Of a stretch of 64,000 nt of DNA, positions 57,730 to 64,000 are shown in pieces (position 1 is the stretch's first letter; every line of letters starts with the position of its first letter). Position numbers and translations under genes: made by a program. Under the pieces are notes generated by a model. That model had not been told where the DNA came from, did not search any database, and worked only from the letters and a program-made list of their open reading frames with translations. Origin of the DNA: an uncultured Solirubrobacterales bacterium (GTDB lineage: Bacteria; Actinomycetota; Thermoleophilia; Solirubrobacterales; 70-9); contig CAVSIE010000003.1 in the NCBI GenBank assembly GCA_963728045.1, positions 2,231 through 66,230 on the forward strand, in the 5' to 3' direction.

Positions 57730-58503
57730 ATGCCAGATCTCAAACCACAGGTCTACAAGGACGAACGTCCTGCCGAGTACTTCGACCAGTTCCACGCCTT
57801 GGCGCGAAAAGGAGTCGGCTGGACCTACCCGCTGGTCCGCGGGATCATCACGCTGCCGGCGCTTGTGCCCTACCGGACGCGGGCGATCGGGGTCGGCAAC
57901 GTGCCGAAGTCAGGACCGGTGCTTCTCGCCCCCAATCACTTCAGCCAGATGGATCACTTCTTCACGGGCCTCTACCTGCGCCGCCAGGTCCGCTTCATGG
58001 CAAAGTCGCAGCTCTTCGGCCCGCGGGTTCTCACCTACCTCTACAAGCACGGTGGCGTCTTCCCGGTTCGCCGCGGCCATCACGACGAGGAGGCGTTCAA
58101 GACCGCCTTCACGGTTCTCGAGCGGGGGGAAATGCTGCTGGTCTACGCCGAGGGCGGCCGCTCGCGGAGCGGCGAGCTGGGGCAGGTCAAGCCGGGTATC
58201 GGGCGGATAGCGTTGGAGTCCGGCGTGCCGGTGGTGCCGGTGGCGATCCACGGCTCGGCCGCGGTGCGCAGATGGAAGCGGCTGCGCTTCCCGAAGGTGA
58301 CCGTGCAGTTCGGCGAGCCGCTGTCCTTCCCGGTCGAGGCCGAGCCGAGCCGCGAGCGCCAGCTCGAAGCGGCGACTGAGGTGTTCGACAAGGTGCGGGC
58401 GATGTACACGCGGCTCGATGAGCAGGGCCGCCGCAACGTGATCCGCGCCTTGCGCGAGGGTCTGCCCACGCCCGAGCCCGGCGAGCCCTCGCCGCGCGGC
58501 TGA
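57730..58503 (+). CDS. plsC: 1-acyl-sn-glycerol-3-phosphate acyltransferase
   Basis: NHFSQMD (HX4D) and the YAEGGRS motif. Confidence 0.8.
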   Translation: MPDLKPQVYKDERPAEYFDQFHALARKGVGWTYPLVRGIITLPALVPYRTRAIGVGNVPKSGPVLLAPNHFSQMDHFFTGLYLRRQVRFMAKSQLFGPRVLTYLYKHGGVFPVRRGHHDEEAFKTAFTVLERGEMLLVYAEGGRSRSGELGQVKPGIGRIALESGVPVVPVAIHGSAAVRRWKRLRFPKVTVQFGEPLSFPVEAEPSRERQLEAATEVFDKVRAMYTRLDEQGRRNVIRALREGLPTPEPGEPSPRG

Positions 58504-58509
58504 CGGCCG

Positions 58510-59421
58510 CTACTCGTAGAGCGCTTCGAGGCCCGCGTAGAAGTCCGGGTCGTGGCCCGGGGTGACGATCGCGTTGGGGAACTGGCCGCGGAAGAGCTTC
58601 AGCTCCTGCAGCGAGCGGCGGTAGTTGTGGGCGTCGAAGGGGCGGGGCGCCAGCGGAGCGCTGCCGTCGAGCTGGCCCTGGGTGTAGGTGGCGTCGCCGC
58701 CGATCACGAAGTCGTTCTCCTCGAGATGCGCGATCACGGACATGTGGCCGGCGCTGTGCCCCGGCGTGTAGGCGAGACGGACAGAGCCGTCGCCGAAGAG
58801 GTCGAAGGTGCGCCCGAAGCTCGCGTAGGAGGTGATCCCGCCACGGTCGAAGTCGACCGTGCGGTAGTCGAATGCATAGTTGAAGTGCGGGCGCCGGTAG
58901 CCGTTGAGAGCGGGCTGCCTACCGCTCGTGGCGGCCTCCCACTCGGTCTCGCTGACGACGAAGGTCGCCTGCGGGAACTCGGAGATCGCAGAGGTGTGGT
59001 CGATGTGGAGATGGGTCATGACGACGATTGGGATCTCGCCGGGGTCGAGGCCGCGTTTGCGCAGCTGCGCTGGGAGGTCTTCGCCCGGCGCCAGCGCGGG
59101 CTTGCCGATGCGAGTCGCGATGCGGCCGAAGTTCTCGTCCCCGTCGGTGGCGATCGAGGGGTGCAGGCCGGTGTCGACCAAGATCGCCCCGGCGCTCGGG
59201 TGGCGGATCAGGAAGGCGGGGACCGGCACGGTCATCGAGGGCTCGCCGCTGAGCAGGGCTCGCAGCAGCTTCAAGGTGAGGAAGCGGCCGCCGGGGCTCT
59301 CCATCATCGAGCGCGACCATGTGACGGCGCCGGCGATGATCGGCTCGACGGTCACGGTCGCTCCCGCCGTCCCCCCGGCCAGCGGCTCGTGCAGCGGTTT
59401 CGGCTCCACGTGGACGCTCAT
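58510..59421 (-). CDS. MBL-fold metallo-hydrolase (lactonase-like)
   Basis: The MTHLHIDH motif is present. Confidence 0.8.
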   Translation of the reverse strand: MSVHVEPKPLHEPLAGGTAGATVTVEPIIAGAVTWSRSMMESPGGRFLTLKLLRALLSGEPSMTVPVPAFLIRHPSAGAILVDTGLHPSIATDGDENFGRIATRIGKPALAPGEDLPAQLRKRGLDPGEIPIVVMTHLHIDHTSAISEFPQATFVVSETEWEAATSGRQPALNGYRRPHFNYAFDYRTVDFDRGGITSYASFGRTFDLFGDGSVRLAYTPGHSAGHMSVIAHLEENDFVIGGDATYTQGQLDGSAPLAPRPFDAHNYRRSLQELKLFRGQFPNAIVTPGHDPDFYAGLEALYE

Positions 59422-59467
59422 CGCGAGTCAGGTTATGCCAGGGGGCCGTCTATAGGCTTGAGCTCGC

Positions 59468-60316
59468 ATGGCTGAGAGCGATCCCTCGCGCATATTCAGG
59501 CCCGGCCTGCTCGAGGGACAGGTCTGCCTGGTCTCCGGCGCCGGCAGCGGCTTGGGGCGGGAGACGGCCCTGGAGCTGGCCCGGCTCGGCGCCACCGTGA
59601 TCGGCTGTGGCCGGCGCGAGGAGCCGCTGGCGGAGACGGCGACGCTGGCCGCGGGCCTGCCCGGCTCCTTCGAGCACGAGGCGGTCGACATCCGCGACGA
59701 GGAGGCGGTCGAGCGGTTCTTCGATGGCCTACTGGAGCGCCACGGCCGCCTCGACACGCTGGTCAACAATGCCGGTGGCCAGTTCCTCGCTCCGGCCGAG
59801 TCGATCACGCCGAAGGGCTTCCGCACTGTGATCGAGCTGAACGTGCAGGGGACCTGGCTGATGACCCATGCGGCGGCGACCAAGTTCTTCATCCCCCAGG
59901 GAGGGGGCAAGGTGCTCAGCGTCACCCTCTCCCCCCACCACGGAATGCCTGGGATGGTTCACTCTGGGGCCGCCCGCGCCGCGGTCGAGAACATGATGCG
60001 GACGCTGGCGATCGAGTGGGCGCGGTTTGGGATCAAGACGTGCGCGCTGGCGGCGGGTCAGTTCGCGACCGAGACGCTGATGACCAAGTATCCGAAAGTC
60101 GTGATCGACAACCTCGAGCGCTCGATCCCGATCGGCCGTGCCGGGCGGGCGGAGGAGATGGCCTGGCTCGTCGCCTACCTGGCCTCGCCGGCAGGTGACT
60201 TCTTCTCCGGCACGACGATCACGATCGACGGCGCCCGCGACAACTGGGCCGGCCCCTGGCCGCCCGAAGCGATCGTGAGCGAGTCAGGCGAGCCGATCGC
60301 CGAGGAGCGCCGCTGA
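59468..60316 (+). CDS. SDR-family oxidoreductase
   Basis: VSGAGSGLGRE (TGxxxGxG), NNAG. Confidence 0.8.
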   Translation: MAESDPSRIFRPGLLEGQVCLVSGAGSGLGRETALELARLGATVIGCGRREEPLAETATLAAGLPGSFEHEAVDIRDEEAVERFFDGLLERHGRLDTLVNNAGGQFLAPAESITPKGFRTVIELNVQGTWLMTHAAATKFFIPQGGGKVLSVTLSPHHGMPGMVHSGAARAAVENMMRTLAIEWARFGIKTCALAAGQFATETLMTKYPKVVIDNLERSIPIGRAGRAEEMAWLVAYLASPAGDFFSGTTITIDGARDNWAGPWPPEAIVSESGEPIAEERR

Positions 60317-60410
60317 CCGGCCGGAGGCGCCGTCGGGCGGCGTCCTCGGTCGCTCGCGTGCAGAGCACGCCACGCTCCCTGTGTCCTGGCCTGACGATCC
60401 CTCCGGCCGG

Positions 60411-60818
60411 TCAGTTGGGCCGTGGCTCGAGGATGACGAGCGGGATTTCGCGACCCTTGCTGCGCACCTGGTAGTCGGCGTAGCCGTGGTAGGACTTGAC
60501 CGCCTCGGGCCAGAGGCGCTCGCGCTCCTCCGCGGTGGCGACCCGAGCGTGGACCGGCACGTGGTGCGACCCGACCTGGACCGTCGTGTCGGGATTGGCC
60601 TTGAGGTTGTAGTACCAGGCCGGATTCTTGGGGAAGCCTCCCTTGGAGGCGACGATGACCATGTCGTCACCGTCGCGGAAGTAGAGCAGGGGGGCGGTGC
60701 GCTTGGCGCCGCTCTTGGCGCCGACGTGGTCGAGCAGCAGCATCTTGCCCGGCACGCCGGGGATCGTGTGCCCGAGCCGCCCGCCGCTGATTTTGTAGAG
60801 CGCGGTGTGCAGGCCCAT
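60411..60818 (-). CDS. Deazaflavin (F420)-dependent nitroreductase-family protein
   Basis: LLLDHVGAKSGAKRTAPLLY...VVASKGGFPKNPAWYYNLKANP...ERERLW. The N-terminus is uncertain. Confidence 0.65.
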   Translation of the reverse strand: MGLHTALYKISGGRLGHTIPGVPGKMLLLDHVGAKSGAKRTAPLLYFRDGDDMVIVASKGGFPKNPAWYYNLKANPDTTVQVGSHHVPVHARVATAEERERLWPEAVKSYHGYADYQVRSKGREIPLVILEPRPN

Positions 60819-60898
60819 GAAGCGACGGAGGGCAGGCCAGATCCTGTCCGCTACGTCGAGGTAGCGGGGTGGGCGCCTGCCCTCTGTCGCCGTGGTGC

Positions 60899-61729
60899 TC
60901 AGGTGTACATCCCCCCGAACATGCCGCCGGTGACGTTCAGCACCTGGCCGTGAACGTAGTTGGAGAGTGGCGAGGAGAGGAAGAGCACCGGGGCGGATGC
61001 CTCCTCTGGAGTGGCGGGACGGCCGAGCGGGATGATCGCCGAGGCCATCGCCCGCATCTGCTCGGGGATGCCGAGCTCGATCTTCTCGCCGCCGGGGGTG
61101 GTCATCTCGCCGCCGGCCTCCTTGGCCGCGGTGAGGCGGGTTTCGACGAAGCCGAAGGCGACCGCGTTGACGTTGATCTTGAACTGGCCCCACTCCTTGG
61201 CCAGCGTTTTGGTCATACCGACGACGGCCATCTTCGCCGCCGAGTAGTTGACCTGGCCCGCGTTGCCCATCATCCCGGAGGTCGAGGAGATGTTGACGAT
61301 CTTGCGGAAGACCTCTTTGCCTTCGTTGCGCTCGGTCTTGGCTGCCTCGCGCCAGTGCGGCGCCAGCGCCCGCGCTACGCGGAAGGGGACGATCGTGTGG
61401 ATGTCGAGCATCGCCTGGAACTGCTCGTCGGTCATCTTGTGCGCGACGTTGTCCCAGGTGTAGCCAGCGTTGTTGATGACGATGTCGAGGGCGCCGAAGG
61501 CGTCGACGCCGGCGGCAATCAGCTTGTCGGCTGCGTCGGGCTCGGTCAGGTCGCCGGCGAAGACCGCGGTCTCGCCATCGATCTCATTCGAGGCCTGTTC
61601 GGCGATGTCGGCGTCGAGGTCGTTGATCAGCACCTTGGCGCCCTCGCTGACGAACAGCTCGGCGGTCGCCCGGCCGATTCCGCGTGCCGATCCGGTGACG
61701 ATCGCCGCTTTCCCATCGAGAAGTCCCAT
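60899..61729 (-). CDS. SDR-family oxidoreductase (FabG-like)
   Basis: ATG 61729. Contains VTGSARGIGRA, NNAG and YSAAK. Confidence 0.8.
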   Translation of the reverse strand: MGLLDGKAAIVTGSARGIGRATAELFVSEGAKVLINDLDADIAEQASNEIDGETAVFAGDLTEPDAADKLIAAGVDAFGALDIVINNAGYTWDNVAHKMTDEQFQAMLDIHTIVPFRVARALAPHWREAAKTERNEGKEVFRKIVNISSTSGMMGNAGQVNYSAAKMAVVGMTKTLAKEWGQFKINVNAVAFGFVETRLTAAKEAGGEMTTPGGEKIELGIPEQMRAMASAIIPLGRPATPEEASAPVLFLSSPLSNYVHGQVLNVTGGMFGGMYT

Positions 61730-61890
61730 CGGTATTTCGCTCTCCTTTTGGCTTGTGAAGTCGGCGGGGAAGGCTACAGGGAACCGCGTAGCACTGGTTG
61801 ACTGGCCAGTCGGTCGCTCGGCTCGCACGGAAGCTTGCCGCCGGAGCGTCGACCCGCGTGATCTTCGGTGGCGGAGGGTGTCTCTCTGGC

Positions 61891-62625
61891 ATGCTGAGGG
61901 AGATGCCGGCCAGCAGGGGTTGGACGCGCGCATTGCGGTTCGTCGTCGCTGCGGCACTGGCCGCGGCGGCGTTGCTCGCCTGGGCGAGCCCGAGCTCGCC
62001 GGCTGAGCGGATCGTCGTCCACGGCGCCGCCTCCGGCTCGCACCTGAAGCTGAGCGTCGAGGGCGAACAGATCGTGGTCGACGGCTTCATGAGCAGCGCC
62101 GCGCCAACTGGATGCCGCTTCACACGAGAGCGCTTGGTCGCCGTCTGCCCGCTGCGCGGAGCCTCCGCGATCGAGCTGGAGATGGGCCCCTCGGGTGACA
62201 TGGTCGAGGTGCTCGACCCCCTGCCGATCCCGCTGACGATCTATCTCGGCAACGGCTCGGACAAGTTCATCGGCAACGGCGAGCGCGACACCTGCTATCC
62301 GGGCGGCGCCCGGCGCAACCGGTGCATCGGCGGGGCGGGCGACGACGTCTGCATCACCGGGCCGCGGAACAGCGACTGCGTCGGCGGTCCCGGCAACGAC
62401 TACTGCCAGCACGGCGGTGGCAGCGACGGCTGCTGGGGTGGGCCGGGCCGGGACGTTTGCCGCATGGGCTCCGGCGAAGACGGTTGCCATGGCGACGGTG
62501 GTCGCGACCGTCTCTTCGGCGGCGCCGATCCCGACCAGCTCTACGGAGGCCGCGGCTTCGACTACTGCGACGGCGGTCGCGGCTGGGGCCGCTCGCACAC
62601 CTGCGAGGCCGGTCCGCGCCGCTGA
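61891..62625 (+). CDS. Secreted Gly/Cys-rich protein with RTX-like GGxGxDxC repeats
   Basis: Signal-like N-terminus, then about eight tandem GG.G.D.C units. Confidence 0.5.
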   Translation: MLREMPASRGWTRALRFVVAAALAAAALLAWASPSSPAERIVVHGAASGSHLKLSVEGEQIVVDGFMSSAAPTGCRFTRERLVAVCPLRGASAIELEMGPSGDMVEVLDPLPIPLTIYLGNGSDKFIGNGERDTCYPGGARRNRCIGGAGDDVCITGPRNSDCVGGPGNDYCQHGGGSDGCWGGPGRDVCRMGSGEDGCHGDGGRDRLFGGADPDQLYGGRGFDYCDGGRGWGRSHTCEAGPRR

Positions 62626-62647
62626 GCGCCGCGTCGGGTCGCTGCGC

Positions 62648-63424
62648 TCAGCCCTTCGGCGGCGAGCACATCAACAGCTGGTACTCGTAGATCGTCTCGA
62701 AGCGCATCCGGCGATACACCGGCTCACCCATCGGCGAGGCCTGCAGCGAGGCGATCTCGGCGCCGAGGTCGAAGCCGGCATTGATCGCGGCCGCCGTCAC
62801 CGCTTCACCGATGCCCTTGCCGCGGGCTCCGGCAAGCGTGCCCACCCAGTAGATGCCGGCCACGCCGTGGCTGACGATCGTCATCGCGATGCCGACCGGC
62901 TTGCCGTCGAGGTAGGCGAGGAGGGCGACGGCGTTGTCGGCGGTCAGGCCGGAGTAGTCCTCGTAGTAACGGAAGATTTCGGGCGGAAAGCCGTTGTCGG
63001 CGTAGGCGCTGGTTGCGACCTCCCAGAAGCGGTCCGCGTCGGCGGCGGTTCCGAGCCGCCGCAGCTCGACCCCCTCGGGCAGGGGACGTTCCTCGGCTCG
63101 CTGGTTGAGGGTCATCTCCGGCATCGCAAAGACCTGATCGAGGCCGGCTGAGCCTGCTGCCTCGATCAGGTCGCTGTCCTCGGGCACGCCTCCCCGCACC
63201 CAGAGGCTGAAGCCGCGGCTGCGAGCGCCGAAGAACTCACGCGCCTTGGTCAGTAGCTCCTCGGGGTCGGCATCTCCGGTGCGGAAGGCCGCGTTGGAGA
63301 TCGCCGGATGTGAGGAGCGGCCGGCGCCGAACAGCCAGTTTGACCCCGCCTCGATCTCCGCGCCGGGGTCCAGTTCGAACAGCTGTCGTGAGCTGTCGAC
63401 CAGGTTGAGATGGATGTCTCGCAC
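62648..63424 (-). CDS. GNAT-family N-acetyltransferase
   Basis: VGTLAGARGKGIGEAVT acetyl-CoA binding motif. Confidence 0.7.
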   Translation of the reverse strand: MRDIHLNLVDSSRQLFELDPGAEIEAGSNWLFGAGRSSHPAISNAAFRTGDADPEELLTKAREFFGARSRGFSLWVRGGVPEDSDLIEAAGSAGLDQVFAMPEMTLNQRAEERPLPEGVELRRLGTAADADRFWEVATSAYADNGFPPEIFRYYEDYSGLTADNAVALLAYLDGKPVGIAMTIVSHGVAGIYWVGTLAGARGKGIGEAVTAAAINAGFDLGAEIASLQASPMGEPVYRRMRFETIYEYQLLMCSPPKG

Positions 63425-63427
63425 GGC

Positions 63428-63850
63428 TCAGGGCTTGCCGATGCCGGCCAGGTACTCGTCGAGAGCCTCGGTTTTCTGAGTGTCCTCGTAGACCTCGTAC
63501 TCGCGCAGCTTGCCCCAGGCGATCCGGCCCCAGATCACGTAGCGGTTCTCGTAGACCCGCCTGCCGTCGGGCGCGTCGAGATGGTCGGTGCCGCGGACGC
63601 AGATCGTCTGGTTCCAGGGGAAGCCCTTGAGGATGACCTCGTCGGGATAGATCTGGAGGCCGACGTCGGCGAAGCGCTGCAGCCAGGGTTCGAGCTCGTC
63701 CTTGCCTTCCAGTTCGACCGCCCAGGAGCTGTCGCCGGGAAAGCGGAACCTGACGTCCTCGGCGTCCATCTGCAGAGTCGGCCCGATGTCGCCTTCACGA
63801 GCCTTCGCCATGTTGCGGGAGATCATTTTCTTGGCGAGCCAGGACAGCAT
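63428..63850 (-). CDS. SnoaL-like / NTF2-superfamily protein
   Basis: 140 aa with an NTF2-like pattern. Confidence 0.5.
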   Translation of the reverse strand: MLSWLAKKMISRNMAKAREGDIGPTLQMDAEDVRFRFPGDSSWAVELEGKDELEPWLQRFADVGLQIYPDEVILKGFPWNQTICVRGTDHLDAPDGRRVYENRYVIWGRIAWGKLREYEVYEDTQKTEALDEYLAGIGKP

Positions 63851-63892
63851 CGGCGCCTCCTCGGGTCTGGGGTCGGGGCCGGAGGGACGCTA

Positions 63893-64000
63893 CTACCGGC
63901 CGGCGAGCCGTACGCCGCCGTCCTCGGTGATCGTCCAGTGCGGATTGTGGGCGATCTCCCAAGGATGTCCGTCGGGGTCGACGATCACCGAGGTGTACCC
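63893..64000 (-). CDS. VOC (glyoxalase/bleomycin-resistance) family protein, 3-prime end only
   Basis: The tail ...VIVDPDGHPWEIAHNPHWTITEDGGVRL is present. The 5-prime end is outside the window. Confidence 0.5.
   Translation of the reverse strand, partial: GYTSVIVDPDGHPWEIAHNPHWTITEDGGVRLAGR

Noticed and set aside
56101-57795. 564-aa minus-strand ORF
   Set aside because: It is antisense to glpK, which has unmistakable FGGY kinase motifs.

Overview
High-G+C actinobacterial-type chromosomal window. Gene content and the Cys/Trp-rich repeat proteins suggest a Thermoleophilia/Rubrobacteria-like lineage, but that is inference only. The backbone is ordinary housekeeping and metabolism. It includes paaC/paaD plus several enoyl-CoA hydratases, an HtrA protease, and MFS transporters. 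It also includes the ribosomal alpha operon (rpmJ-rpsM-rpsK-rpsD-rpoA-rplQ), truA, surE and ligA. Further along are sodA, bioA and bioB-bioF-bioD, a DesA3-like desaturase with its reductase, marR plus an MFS pump, glpK, plsC, vapBC and a tRNA-Pro(CGG). Several things stand out against this backbone. (1) A 5.06-kb element at 39663-44719 has perfect 22-bp terminal inverted repeats and a perfect 16-bp direct duplication. It carries an IS1595-type transposase and a dense set of defence/toxin-like genes: a four-gene translationally coupled operon around a RelA/SpoT-type small alarmone synthetase, a DUF3800 gene coupled to an unknown 163-aa gene, and an Rx4H HEPN-like gene. This is my best candidate for the undescribed system. 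(2) A SelW/Rdx-like selenoprotein gene with an in-frame TGA (CxxU) and a downstream hairpin is absent from the ORF track. (3) truA is inverted relative to rplQ and is flanked by two inverted copies of a ~90-nt nested-hairpin element whose stems differ but stay complementary. (4) A DUF4258/DUF2283 pair is inserted inside the alpha operon, and a ~78-nt leader-like sequence is duplicated upstream of rpmJ and rpsK. (5) An accessory segment encodes a 1241-aa secreted multidomain protein. (6) Heavily frameshifted genes cluster at 23.5-29 kb, which may be decay or assembly error. Many long ORFs in the track are antisense artefacts of high G+C and were ignored. Family assignments come from motif recognition by eye, not from searches.
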